From: a virus
Length of the DNA: 64,000 nt
Reading direction: 5' to 3' (one strand)
IMG/VR virus record: IMGVR_UViG_3300017605_000087
Location: 23,173 to 87,172 of that record
Positions 9,407 through 20,004 of this stretch are shown here, piece after piece (within the stretch, counting starts at the first letter, position 1; each line of letters opens with the position of its first letter). The notes under the pieces are model-generated. The model saw only the letters and a program-made list of their open reading frames with translations, made no database searches and had not been told where the DNA came from. The position numbers were made by a program, and so were the translations under genes.

Positions 9407-12178
9407 TTAGAAATCTTTTTCAGTTTTGTTAGTTCCATTTAACTCATTATATAATTTGATAGCGTCTTTAGTATCTCTACCTGTACGTTTCAAATCTTTA
9501 ATATCCCCTTCAAGCATTGCAGGATATTGTTTATACACATCTTTTAAGAATTGTGTATCTTGTAAATTTGCAGGAACTACTCCTGTATCTCTAAATTGCT
9601 TAGATAATATTTGCCATTTTTGTTTATCTAAATCTGACATGTTTTTCTCTGCTTGTTGTTGTCCATAATCAGATACAGCATTGGCTACATTACTACTCAA
9701 TGATGATAATATTCCTTTTTCTCTTAGAGCTACATCTTGATTATATCTATCTATATTAGCAAAATTATGTGCTGATATAGATTGATCGTTTAACATTTTT
9801 GTATTCTCTAATTGATTCTCTGTATTTTCTTTTGTAGTATAAGCTGAGTTTTTAGCAGACATGGTGTTAACATCTGCTGCCATTTTATTTACTCTAGCTA
9901 TTGCACTACTTGATGTATTAGCATCTATATCTTCCTTCGACCCTCTATTAATTCTATCAATTGCTGCTAATTGGTCATTAATATCGAACTTAGTATTTAA
10001 TGGTGCGGCATTAATTTTATTTGGAATAGGAACTTTAGGAGATGCTAATGTAGTTGCAAGATTAAACATATTATCTACATAAGGAGCTATACTAGCAAAT
10101 CCATTTCCTTTATTATTTGCCGGACTATTATTACTATTCATATTAGAAGGTTCTACTCCTTCAACTTTAGGTGTTGGTGTATAACTTTTTTCTAATGTAT
10201 TCTTATTTATAATATCATTAATACTCTTCATTATATCCTTTGTAGTAGGATTATACGTATCAATTGGATTCTGTTTCTCTCTTATATAATAAGGATTTTG
10301 ACTATTATCAGCAGTGAATTGTCCATTATTATTAGGCATTCCCCAAGCTAGATTTTGAGTTTCTGTTGGATATAATTGAACCTCTGGGTATGGGTCTGTT
10401 TCTCCTCCATTTGGATAACGCATTGCCATTCCTCCTTTTTTAAAACCTACTATAAAATTTTTCAACATATTTTCATCTGTTACTTGTTGATTATTATGTA
10501 GAGTATCAACTACTGTATTATTATCTAATATATATTGTCCATATTTATCAGTAGCGTATGGATTTAATCTAAAGTCTAATGCACCTTTATAATAAGTACC
10601 CTTACTATTTTCCTCATTAGCATCTACTCCAGTGTGGTGCATAGGAACCCAATATTGTGATGTATATTGACCTATCCATCCATCTACATCTGATAATGAT
10701 TGTGGAGCATGACTTCTATTTATTTTAGTACCTAATGTTGGACTATTATAGATGTCATTATAATATTGTTGCATTTTCTTAACATAAGAATCTTTCTCAT
10801 ATTTAAAATTAGGATTAGATTTAGTATATTCAGTCCATATATCATTACTTAAATTACCTTGACTTCTATCTAATTTTGTACGATCTACATTATTATCTGT
10901 TAAGTATTTATTATAATAGGAAATTAATCCAGTCCAATCTTGTATCTCTTGTCTAGTTGGTACAGTTCCACCATCAGGATACATTCCAATCTTCATTCCA
11001 TCTTTAGCAAATCCTGCCATTCCTCCATAATTACCATTCATTGATTGTTGAGTCTGAAATAACTTCTCTATTAAGAAATCACTATTCATCATTTCTTTCT
11101 CAAATGTATCACTTAAAATTGGATCAATTATTTTATCATTAATGTTCTCTTTTCTATCTCCATATTTCTTCATCGTCTTCTGCTTATCTTTCAATAATTT
11201 AGCATGACGTTCTGCAAATGTTTCTTTAGTTCCTGGAACTTTTAATGAATCACTAAATATTTTATTTCCATCTACTGTTTCTCCTCCTTCTGCTTCTATT
11301 ATATTTCCTTGTCCTGTTGCAATTTTAACTCCACCTTTATCATGTTGTTTACCAACAATCACCCCTTCATTCTCACCAGTTACACTAGGAACTATTGTTC
11401 CACCTTGTAATGGTTTCATTCTTTGTTGCATTTCTTGAGGAACAGCCATTCCTCCATAATTAAAATATGATGAAAAGTTTGTTCCTTGTGTTGGATATTG
11501 ATTTAAGTAGGCTTTATCTTGAGTTATTTGTTGATCTCTTGCCATCTTCTCTTTCTCTTTCCTTTTTTCTTTCTCAGAGAAACCATCTATTACAGAAGAT
11601 ATTAAACCACCTACTACTGGTATTTGACTTGCTAATCCACTAAATACTCCAGCACCATCTACTTTTCCTCCTGCTATTCCTTCTGTAATTGCTGGTGAAA
11701 CAGCATTAGAGAATGCTCCAAATAATCCTCCACCCGCACCACCTAACATATCACCCATTCCTCCACCACCTCCACTTTTTGCTCCTTCTAAAGCTCCAGC
11801 AGCACTTGATTTTTCACTTGCTTGTTGTAATATTTTTCCTGTTTTTGGGTCTATTAAATTTCCATATTTATCATACAATTCTTTTTCATAAATTGCATCT
11901 CCTCCAGTTCCAAATTCAGGAGTCTTACTAGAATTAGTAAGATACGTATTAAATGTCTTATCTAAATACTCATCGTATTTTTTATCTTGTTTATCAAATG
12001 AACCAAATGCAAATCTATTAGCATAGTCTTGCATTTCTTCATTATTAGTAAATGTTACTGCTCCATGTTTTTGGAGGTCAGCAACATCTATATTTTTTCC
12101 ATCGTAGTTAACAAAGTATTTACCTCTACTGTTATCTACATTAAATGGTTGTTGTCTATTCTTTTTACTTTTACTCAT
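9407..12178 (-). CDS. Virion cargo protein C1-like (923 aa)
   Basis: Directly after muzzle; Gly-rich hydrophobic segment (ASQIPVVGGLISSVIDG); HDKGGV...EAEGGE...IFSD motif; repeated xxGG motifs. Confidence 0.7.
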   Translation of the reverse strand: MSKSKKNRQQPFNVDNSRGKYFVNYDGKNIDVADLQKHGAVTFTNNEEMQDYANRFAFGSFDKQDKKYDEYLDKTFNTYLTNSSKTPEFGTGGDAIYEKELYDKYGNLIDPKTGKILQQASEKSSAAGALEGAKSGGGGGMGDMLGGAGGGLFGAFSNAVSPAITEGIAGGKVDGAGVFSGLASQIPVVGGLISSVIDGFSEKEKRKEKEKMARDQQITQDKAYLNQYPTQGTNFSSYFNYGGMAVPQEMQQRMKPLQGGTIVPSVTGENEGVIVGKQHDKGGVKIATGQGNIIEAEGGETVDGNKIFSDSLKVPGTKETFAERHAKLLKDKQKTMKKYGDRKENINDKIIDPILSDTFEKEMMNSDFLIEKLFQTQQSMNGNYGGMAGFAKDGMKIGMYPDGGTVPTRQEIQDWTGLISYYNKYLTDNNVDRTKLDRSQGNLSNDIWTEYTKSNPNFKYEKDSYVKKMQQYYNDIYNSPTLGTKINRSHAPQSLSDVDGWIGQYTSQYWVPMHHTGVDANEENSKGTYYKGALDFRLNPYATDKYGQYILDNNTVVDTLHNNQQVTDENMLKNFIVGFKKGGMAMRYPNGGETDPYPEVQLYPTETQNLAWGMPNNNGQFTADNSQNPYYIREKQNPIDTYNPTTKDIMKSINDIINKNTLEKSYTPTPKVEGVEPSNMNSNNSPANNKGNGFASIAPYVDNMFNLATTLASPKVPIPNKINAAPLNTKFDINDQLAAIDRINRGSKEDIDANTSSSAIARVNKMAADVNTMSAKNSAYTTKENTENQLENTKMLNDQSISAHNFANIDRYNQDVALREKGILSSLSSNVANAVSDYGQQQAEKNMSDLDKQKWQILSKQFRDTGVVPANLQDTQFLKDVYKQYPAMLEGDIKDLKRTGRDTKDAIKLYNELNGTNKTEKDF

Positions 12179-12184
12179 GTGTTA

Positions 12185-15100
12185 CTATCTAAAGTTTTGC
12201 ATGTAGTTAACTATACTGTCATGGAAGTAAAAATCTTTTTGGATATTATTGTCGTAAATATAGCGAACAATTACGAATTTTCCAAGTAAATTATCTTTTT
12301 TAAACCAAGTTTTTTGTGCAGCTATGTTAATAGTATTTACACTTCTATCTTCATTTATTATAGGGTTGTTCTTATTAATTACCATATCTCTAATCTCATT
12401 ATAATTCCAGCTTCCTTCTATAAATCTATTATTTCTTTGGAACCATAATAAGTCTGGTACAGCTATTATTCCAGTACATTGATCTGTATTATATAAACAT
12501 ATATGTGTAAGAGTTTCATTAAAGAACCTTGTTTCATTAACTTCTACTTCTGTAACCCATGTAACACTTTCTACTATTTTAGTAACTTCAGGAGATTCAT
12601 TATGAATCATATCCCAATATGAAGGATATACAGTTGCATCATAATATATTCCTTTTATTGTTTTAATGTTATGTTTAAATATTCTTCCTAATGTTGAAGT
12701 ATTATTTATAGCATATATTCCTGATCTATTATGAAATAAATGATTAGGGTAATAATCGTGGAATGATACCCAACCCCCTTGCCCTTGATTAATTTCTGGA
12801 CTATATGATATAGTCCACTTTTTATACACAAAATCTCCAACTAGAGCTTGTGGTCCACCTGGCTCTCCTACTATATGATTTTCTACTAAAGGTCTATATA
12901 TAGGATTATCATCTTCATCAAACTCTTCTAATATTACTATATTACCATCTACTAAAAAAGCATCTCCTATTTGATCTTCATCTATATCTGGAGATAATAT
13001 TCCATGATATATTACATCGTCATTAAGTCTTATATCATTTTTACTAATTATAACTCTATTGAATTGTTCGTCAAAAGCTGCTGTTAATCCAAACTCAGTA
13101 AAGGGATTATCTATATCTAATGTAGTATTAGTATTAGCTCTCATCCAATTACGAACATTTAAGTTACTAATTTCTTTTAATGCTCCATCAAATATAAATA
13201 TTTTTCCTTGTTGTCTATCTAAAAATACATATCCTAATTTACAAGTGAAACTTGCCCATTGAGATTGATTTCCTGCATACCCTTCTCTTGTAGGTAATAC
13301 ATTTTGTGGAGGTCTATCAAATACATCACCTGTTCCTATATATACTTCTGTTATATCAGAAGATAATTTGTCTTTATTTAAAGCAGTATATAAACTATAT
13401 TTCTGATGTATAATTAAAGTCTTATCAAGAGTTTCTAATTTCCATACTTCTCCTTTATCTTTTTCTCCTTCGTGATATTCATTAGCTCTGAATTTTCTCC
13501 AAGATTCACTTTTTTCTTCATCTTGAGTTACATCAGTTCTTGCTACTCTATATGGTAGTTTATCTATAAATCTATCATACGGACTCCATGAACCGGGAAA
13601 CTTTAAATTCATTATTGATGAATAGCTAGGGTCATAATCTATATCTACACTCCATTTATTTGGAGCATTAAACCCTAAATTTTTCTTTCCACTTCCCATT
13701 AGTAAATGACTTGGAATCTGTGAAAAGTCATTACCTCTGTTTAATACATAATTGTAATTAGAATAACATGGAAATCTAAAATGTAATCCTAATGCTGTAT
13801 TAATTATATGTGTATTCTCAAGAGCTTCATCTCCATCTATATGTGTACAAACACTTAAATCATTCTCCCAATTAGTATTAGCTGGATAATAAGTAGTTCC
13901 AGCTTCACTATAAAAATTATGTTTAATTGAATACCCTGTAATAAATGTATCGAAATTAAATAATCCTCCTATTGGGCCATTTACTCCAGCATTTACTGGA
14001 TGAATTAATTTACTTGCTAATGCTAAATCTTGTTCATAAAAATTAGTATGAACATTTTTTATCATACTCATTATATTACCAACAGCAAAATAAAACAGAT
14101 TTACTTTTACTTCATCATGGTCTGACCCTGGATAATTCAATTCATCTCCTTGATCGTTAGCATTATCAAAACCTCTTCTAATTCTATATCTTGAAAGTAA
14201 ATCTGTACTTGTATTTTCAAATGTTGCTCTAATACATGCTTCTCTAGTATTATTAGATATAGGAACAGTAGCGGAATTATTCTCTGGAATATATTCAAAT
14301 TTCTTTATTGCTCTATATGCAAGGTTATCTGCTATCCAAGTTGTTCCAGTAGTATCAGGAACACCTGTTAATCCAGGCCCAGTAAGAACTGGTCCAGGAG
14401 GATTTCCAAGAGATACTGGAGAGTTTACGTTAGTAGATATATATTCTCCTTTTATGTACCTTGCATTAACACTTGGTGTGTTATGTAATAAAGGTATATC
14501 ATAAAGTCTTGCATGAGCATTACTAATTACAGTTCCGGGAGTATAAAATCCATTCAAATCAGGCCCACTTAATGTAGTATCGTTACCATACATTGCCTCT
14601 CTATATATAGGACTTGTTCCTAAAACTGTACTATTATCTAATGTTTTAATTGCATAACTAAATACAATTCCTTGTATCTGGTCTTTTAAATATTGTGGTA
14701 TTTCAATATTATGAAATCTTATCTTTATAAACTTATTAAGGTTAGCAAAACTTGTTCCACCATACATTGTTTTCAATCCTGGCATTCTATGATGTCTAAC
14801 CTTTTGTCCTCTTAAATCAATTCCTCCTGCAATAGCATTTCCATCATAATCTATTGTTCCATCATATTCATCTAAGTTAGGATATGTTTCATCTTCATTC
14901 TCCCAATATCCCGGATACTTACCACTGACAGGATGATTTATATTTGCTGTATCTCTAGTATGAAATAGTTTTGCAGAATCAGCAACACCTAATGCTGCTT
15001 CATCAGCACCAAATTCAGCAGGTTCAGCAGCAACAGCATTTGTTACAGTTTCATCTTCATCAAAAGCAGTTGCTCCAATAGTTATTTGTTGAACTTCTCT

Positions 15101-16342
15101 TCCTGGTATATGCATACCTTTTCCAATAGTTCCATCTTTATATACTGCGTGAGCATAAAAAGCATATACTTCCCAAGGTTTTAATGTTCTTACTCTTAAA
15201 CAATTCCCCGGATTAGCATACCATTCGTATCTTTTATATATACTTTGGAATATATTAGGAGGTAGTGCATTTGCTTGTGTTAAATCTTCTATACTTTCTG
15301 TAAACCAAGATACTGAAATATTATTAGCATACTTCTGAAATCTTAATTCTTCTTGAGTTTTTAAATTACCAGCACAAAGTCTTTTATTATTATATGTTCC
15401 AGTTTTAAATCTAGTATAGTTTACACTATCAATTAATATTTCATCAGGAGTTAAATCTCCTTTAAATTTTCCAGTCCATACAAAATTGATTTGTGTTCCA
15501 GTTATTTCAAACTTATCAATATATATTGCTGTTTTTACTTTATTTACTTCCTTAATTGCAGCAAGTTTAATATACTTAAATCTAGTATCAATATTATCAA
15601 TTGTAATATCTATTGATACTCCACTATTTCCATCTTGTTTACTTTCTTGATAAAGATTACTTACTTTAAAATCATTACCATTGTCTGTATTTAATATAAA
15701 AGAATCATGGTGATACTTAGCAATAGGAAATGGATGGGATGGTAGCATCCAGTTTAATTGATCGTCTTCACTTACCTCATAAGATGTTACTAAATAATAT
15801 ACTCCTGGGTCTATATCTCCACCTGGTTTAATATTCCCAATGGCATAGTTTGGAATATTCATATCAGGATATAGTAACATTAAGTTTTGTGCGTTACTAG
15901 ATGTAAACTCTTTTGAACCATTTACAGGAAATGGTAAATTAGTTAGATTTAATAATCTTGGTCTATTGCTATTTGTCTTAGTTCCATCCCAAAATGATAT
16001 GATTAAATCTCCTTTCCAATTATATTTGAATATACCTTCTATTGGACAATCCCATTGAAATTGTAATAATTGTAATCCAACAGTATCTTTACAAATTGTT
16101 GTATAAATACCTAATTCAAAATATCCTATTTCACATATAGAGCCGTTTCTTGAAAATACTACTGTTCCTAAGTTTGTAGGAATAGTTCCAAGTATCTTTC
16201 CATTAACTTGTTTTTCTAATTGTGCTCCATCTTCATTAGCAATTGATCTAAAACCTTTAGTAACAAGAATGTTTTTAGCCCAAGCCCATCCTTGTCCTTT
16301 AAGGTTTCTAGTATCTAACGAAAGTCCTTGAATATTCAGCAC
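12185..16342 (-). CDS. Tail muzzle / P22 gp10-like stabilisation protein (~1385 aa)
   Basis: Size and position; GYAGNQSQW, GYVFLDRQQGKIF and WTISYS...WVSFHDYYP motifs typical of crAss-like muzzle proteins. GTG at 16342 preferred over the track TTG at 16381 because it follows the upstream stop. Confidence 0.8.
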   Translation of the reverse strand: MLNIQGLSLDTRNLKGQGWAWAKNILVTKGFRSIANEDGAQLEKQVNGKILGTIPTNLGTVVFSRNGSICEIGYFELGIYTTICKDTVGLQLLQFQWDCPIEGIFKYNWKGDLIISFWDGTKTNSNRPRLLNLTNLPFPVNGSKEFTSSNAQNLMLLYPDMNIPNYAIGNIKPGGDIDPGVYYLVTSYEVSEDDQLNWMLPSHPFPIAKYHHDSFILNTDNGNDFKVSNLYQESKQDGNSGVSIDITIDNIDTRFKYIKLAAIKEVNKVKTAIYIDKFEITGTQINFVWTGKFKGDLTPDEILIDSVNYTRFKTGTYNNKRLCAGNLKTQEELRFQKYANNISVSWFTESIEDLTQANALPPNIFQSIYKRYEWYANPGNCLRVRTLKPWEVYAFYAHAVYKDGTIGKGMHIPGREVQQITIGATAFDEDETVTNAVAAEPAEFGADEAALGVADSAKLFHTRDTANINHPVSGKYPGYWENEDETYPNLDEYDGTIDYDGNAIAGGIDLRGQKVRHHRMPGLKTMYGGTSFANLNKFIKIRFHNIEIPQYLKDQIQGIVFSYAIKTLDNSTVLGTSPIYREAMYGNDTTLSGPDLNGFYTPGTVISNAHARLYDIPLLHNTPSVNARYIKGEYISTNVNSPVSLGNPPGPVLTGPGLTGVPDTTGTTWIADNLAYRAIKKFEYIPENNSATVPISNNTREACIRATFENTSTDLLSRYRIRRGFDNANDQGDELNYPGSDHDEVKVNLFYFAVGNIMSMIKNVHTNFYEQDLALASKLIHPVNAGVNGPIGGLFNFDTFITGYSIKHNFYSEAGTTYYPANTNWENDLSVCTHIDGDEALENTHIINTALGLHFRFPCYSNYNYVLNRGNDFSQIPSHLLMGSGKKNLGFNAPNKWSVDIDYDPSYSSIMNLKFPGSWSPYDRFIDKLPYRVARTDVTQDEEKSESWRKFRANEYHEGEKDKGEVWKLETLDKTLIIHQKYSLYTALNKDKLSSDITEVYIGTGDVFDRPPQNVLPTREGYAGNQSQWASFTCKLGYVFLDRQQGKIFIFDGALKEISNLNVRNWMRANTNTTLDIDNPFTEFGLTAAFDEQFNRVIISKNDIRLNDDVIYHGILSPDIDEDQIGDAFLVDGNIVILEEFDEDDNPIYRPLVENHIVGEPGGPQALVGDFVYKKWTISYSPEINQGQGGWVSFHDYYPNHLFHNRSGIYAINNTSTLGRIFKHNIKTIKGIYYDATVYPSYWDMIHNESPEVTKIVESVTWVTEVEVNETRFFNETLTHICLYNTDQCTGIIAVPDLLWFQRNNRFIEGSWNYNEIRDMVINKNNPIINEDRSVNTINIAAQKTWFKKDNLLGKFVIVRYIYDNNIQKDFYFHDSIVNYMQNFR

Positions 16343-16343
16343 C

Positions 16344-16994
16344 TTAATATCTATTAAATGTTTTATCTTCGTATGTATCAAATAATAACATAGAAGAATT
16401 TTGTCTTATTTCTTCCATCTCTTCAGGAGTTGGAAAACTTAAACTATTTTTACATCTTGCCAACCACTTTTCAGCTCTTGCTTCACAATCTTCATATTTG
16501 AATACTGGATGGCTTACACCACCAGCTAATATAATTGACATACAATACCATTGACAAGCTATTTTAAACTTATCATTGTCTGGAACCATTAGTTTATTAT
16601 TTTTATCTAATGGTATTTTATAGTAATATACAGTTAAACAACCTTCTTTAAAAGGAGTTGTAATTGTATTCATATTAAAACTATAATTTCCTATATTTTT
16701 ATCACATATTTGTAGATCATTATTAGCATGTGCTACATTTGAACTCAAATCAATTTTATATCCATTATATGCAATTGCTCTAAGAAATTTTAAATCACAT
16801 GGAAATTCACCTTGATAATTCTTAATTTTAATCTTTTTAAATACTTTGTTATATATACGACCTACACCTACAAGTCCTATAAAATCAGCAATATCTTCAT
16901 CTATTTCTCCTAACCAATCGTTAGAATTTAGTTTGAAGATTCTAGCTATTCTTGCAGCTATTATGTCGGATGATATAAATAAATACCTACTCAT
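16344..16994 (-). CDS. Tail tubular / ring protein (P22 gp4-like)
   Basis: 216 aa directly upstream of muzzle; YYKIPLD...MVPD motif; synteny. Confidence 0.7.
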   Translation of the reverse strand: MSRYLFISSDIIAARIARIFKLNSNDWLGEIDEDIADFIGLVGVGRIYNKVFKKIKIKNYQGEFPCDLKFLRAIAYNGYKIDLSSNVAHANNDLQICDKNIGNYSFNMNTITTPFKEGCLTVYYYKIPLDKNNKLMVPDNDKFKIACQWYCMSIILAGGVSHPVFKYEDCEARAEKWLARCKNSLSFPTPEEMEEIRQNSSMLLFDTYEDKTFNRY

Positions 16995-17710
16995 TATCTT
17001 ATAAAGTTAATCATTACATCAGGATTTCTTCTTAGCATTGCATATATTCTACCAACAAATGTATCTTTACTTGCTCTACATGTTGGTACAAATAAAAACT
17101 TTTCCTTTATTGATTTCTTTATTTTTATACTTTTTGGACTCCAATAAACTTGTGGTCTATATGGGTCTGTGTAGAATACAATCCAATCATGTCCATTAGG
17201 ACATTCAGGACATTTAGGAATTAATCCTCTTTCTAATAATTCATATCTGTTTTTTCCAGATTCAACAGGATTAGCTCTTCCTTTATATGTTTTTCTTTTT
17301 ACTCTTTTTATGTATAACTTGCCGAACTTGAACATATTTAATGTATGTCCTTCAATCATATAATCAATAGCTTTATCATTAAATCTTTTAATTATAAATG
17401 CAAGTTCTTTAAATTCTTTTATTCCTTCTTGTTCTTCTAATTTCTTCTTTATTACATTTACTTCATTATAAGTCTTAACGTACAAATCAAGTTTAGACAA
17501 TATAACTCTTTTGTCTTTACTATCCCCCCAATATTCAATATCTCTATCGCTTATTCTTTCTCGTATATTTATTAATTCAATATCAGCAAATGTTTTCAGT
17601 AAATTTTCTTTACTCTGAAGGTTTTCTAAATCTACCTTCTTATTTTCATTTACTTTACTCTTATATACTTCAAATATTTCTTTAAGTCCGTTAATCTTTA
17701 GTTCACTCAT
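16994..17710 (-). CDS. IHF/HU-like DNA-binding protein
   Basis: IEGHTLNMFKFGKLYIKRVKRK and FLFVP segments resemble the IHF fold; conserved position in crAss-like tail modules; extra CPEC. Confidence 0.65.
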   Translation of the reverse strand: MSELKINGLKEIFEVYKSKVNENKKVDLENLQSKENLLKTFADIELINIRERISDRDIEYWGDSKDKRVILSKLDLYVKTYNEVNVIKKKLEEQEGIKEFKELAFIIKRFNDKAIDYMIEGHTLNMFKFGKLYIKRVKRKTYKGRANPVESGKNRYELLERGLIPKCPECPNGHDWIVFYTDPYRPQVYWSPKSIKIKKSIKEKFLFVPTCRASKDTFVGRIYAMLRRNPDVMINFIR

Positions 17711-18348
17711 TCTTCTTTATTCTCAAGTTTAGCTTCTATTTCATCTGGTTTCATTAATTGAAATTCACTACTTAAAATACCATTAACAATAGTTCTTAAT
17801 AAATCAGCAGGAATTGGATAAGGTTTATCATCATTCATACAATCATCAACACATGTATTAGCATCATAAGGATTAACTAATAAAGATTCTGCTTCTACAA
17901 ATTTAATTTTTGTACTACCTCCTCCTACAACATAACCAAAGTTATTTCTTTCATACCAACGTATAATATCTTTAGTTACTCTATTATGTTTAGTCTTTTT
18001 TACTACTTCAAAATCTGTATAAGTAAAATCAATTTCTCTACCAACACTTCCAAAGAACTTAAATCTTGTGCCACCAGTTCTTATAGTTTCTGGTAATATT
18101 CTTTCAGTTCTTCTTACTGGACAATCTAAACTTATATAACAAGTATCACCTTTATCAACTAATATTAAAGGGATAATTAATGTTTGATAAAATTGTCTAT
18201 CAACATAGTTTCTTTGTAATGATTGTTTAAGAAACTCTGCCCTATAATAATTAACTGTAAAACGTACTTGATCTTTGAACACTTCATTGAAATGTTCTCC
18301 ACGTATTGCAGCTATATGATCTGCTATTTTATTTATTGTATTATGCAA
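17707..18348 (-). CDS. Tail ring protein
   Basis: 213 aa, TTG start; NPYD...C...DDKPYPIP motif; synteny. Confidence 0.6.
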   Translation of the reverse strand: MHNTINKIADHIAAIRGEHFNEVFKDQVRFTVNYYRAEFLKQSLQRNYVDRQFYQTLIIPLILVDKGDTCYISLDCPVRRTERILPETIRTGGTRFKFFGSVGREIDFTYTDFEVVKKTKHNRVTKDIIRWYERNNFGYVVGGGSTKIKFVEAESLLVNPYDANTCVDDCMNDDKPYPIPADLLRTIVNGILSSEFQLMKPDEIEAKLENKEE

Positions 18349-18351
18349 TTA

Positions 18352-19296
18352 CTATTGTATTTTAAGTAATGTTAATACTCTTGGAGAACCTAATGATACA
18401 TCTCCAAGTCCACTTGTTTGTGTTATTTTAAGAGAAACCATCTCTCCTAATACGACTGAAATTTTAACTGTAAATGAACTTAAATGTACACCTACATTGT
18501 TTGTATTCATGCTAAAGGTTGTTCCTACTCCAACTGTATCAATAGCCATCCTTGCAGTATAACTACTTTGTCCTGCATCATTAGTACTATGTGAAAATGA
18601 TATAGTAGCTAGATAATCACCAGTAGGTATATCATCACCAAAATCAAAATCATTACTAGTACCTGCTGTTACTGTTACAGCATCTACATTTGTTCTTTCA
18701 TAACCTAACGCACCAGCGGCTATTGCTGTTTCAACAGCGGCAACGCTTGGATATTTTATATTACTACCTGTATCAGCAGCAATGTTAGTAGATTTGTTAG
18801 CTTGATTCTCTGCTACATATCCTATATTTTGTTGAGCTATTGCCCAATTAGCTTGTGTATTTCCTGGAGTATCTATAAGTGCTCTTACTGTATCTCCTAT
18901 CTCAACATTTAACCCAGTTGGTAACACTCCAGCTACACTAATAGTCCATATATCTCCTTTTTTAATAGCTCCTGCTACTCCACTTCCTCCACTAGAAGGA
19001 TATGCGTTAACACTAGCATCAAAATTTCCTCTATCATCCCATAGTCCTACTACTAAACCATCTGCATAAGCCTTTGCATTTGTTTCTGCTGTTGCAGCAG
19101 AACCAGCAGCATCAAAAGAAGCTGCAACTAGAGCAGCAAGAGCAGCATTATTTGATAATGTTAGTAAACTTCTACCGAAAGCAGTAGTTGTTAATGCGGC
19201 AATAGCTGTTAAATCACTATCTAATGGTTGAAATCCAGCTCCTAATTTATCTAATCTTGAGATTATTTCTTCTAATAACTTTTCTTCAGCAGTCAT
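18352..19296 (-). CDS. Tail/head fibre protein
   Basis: QPLDSDLTAIAALTTTAFGRSLL fibre motif; GDIWTISVAG motif; C-terminal beta domain paralogous to 22073-23116. Confidence 0.7.
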   Translation of the reverse strand: MTAEEKLLEEIISRLDKLGAGFQPLDSDLTAIAALTTTAFGRSLLTLSNNAALAALVAASFDAAGSAATAETNAKAYADGLVVGLWDDRGNFDASVNAYPSSGGSGVAGAIKKGDIWTISVAGVLPTGLNVEIGDTVRALIDTPGNTQANWAIAQQNIGYVAENQANKSTNIAADTGSNIKYPSVAAVETAIAAGALGYERTNVDAVTVTAGTSNDFDFGDDIPTGDYLATISFSHSTNDAGQSSYTARMAIDTVGVGTTFSMNTNNVGVHLSSFTVKISVVLGEMVSLKITQTSGLGDVSLGSPRVLTLLKIQ

Positions 19297-19398
19297 TTAT
19301 TTTAATTTAGATAGTTCGTTGAATAACTTTGCTAATTCTTTATCACCAAATACTATGGCAACTCTTTTACTTATTTCAAAATAGTATCTACTTTCCAT
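19297..19398 (-). CDS. Small hypothetical protein (33 aa, MESRYYFEISKRVAIVFGDKELAKLFNELSKLK)
   Basis: Fills the gap exactly; its TAA abuts the next ATG; below the track length cutoff. Confidence 0.5.
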   Translation of the reverse strand: MESRYYFEISKRVAIVFGDKELAKLFNELSKLK

Positions 19399-19678
19399 TT
19401 GAATATTTTCGTAATTCTTGTTTAAGTTCTCCTATGATTAAATTTTGTTTTCTCTCTCTAGCTTCACATTCTTTTTGAGCTAATTCTACATGTTTAACTC
19501 TTTCTTCTGTTCTAGTTAAACGAGTACTTAGAGCTTCAATAGTTTTACTAGACGCTTCTACTATTTTTGCTGCTGTATCAGCTATAAGATTATCTTTCTT
19601 TTGTCTTCCTATGATAATCCATGTAATAAACGTAGCTAATGTACCACTACTGATTGCTGTTGCTATTACCGTTTCCAT
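19388..19678 (-). CDS. Membrane-anchored coiled-coil protein (lysis-associated candidate)
   Basis: N-terminal hydrophobic helix then coiled coil; overlaps holin-like gene. Confidence 0.5.
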   Translation of the reverse strand: METVIATAISSGTLATFITWIIIGRQKKDNLIADTAAKIVEASSKTIEALSTRLTRTEERVKHVELAQKECEARERKQNLIIGELKQELRKYSNGK

Positions 19679-20003
19679 CTACTTTCTCTAAAGTTTCAGT
19701 TGTTTTTGTTTCAGTTGTTTTTCTATATCCATTTCTTAGTTCAACTAAGTTCTGAAAATTTACATATCCCCACAATAACCCTATAAAAATTACATCAAGA
19801 CATGAACCTAATAGTAGTTTATCTGGGTCTGTAATCTTTTGCATAAATGATACTCTACCATAAGCATATAAAAATGTTAGAAACATTGCAGACATTCTAC
19901 GTCCACTCGATGTTCCATTCTGTCCTTCCATAGATGCTTTCCACCATAGTACGACATCTTTTGCTTCTTTATATGGTACTTTCCACCAAGTAGTTTTTTC
20001 CAT
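19647..20003 (-). CDS. Holin-like two-TM membrane protein
   Basis: SSGRRM followed by two hydrophobic helices and a charged tail; ATG at 20003 (MEKTTWWK). Confidence 0.55.
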   Translation of the reverse strand: MEKTTWWKVPYKEAKDVVLWWKASMEGQNGTSSGRRMSAMFLTFLYAYGRVSFMQKITDPDKLLLGSCLDVIFIGLLWGYVNFQNLVELRNGYRKTTETKTTETLEKVDGNGNSNSNQ

Positions 20004-20004
20004 T

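Noticed and set aside
12797-12817. Perfect inverted repeat TGGACTATA-TGA-TATAGTCCA in the muzzle gene
   Set aside because: Single occurrence encoding the conserved WTISYSP peptide; probably chance
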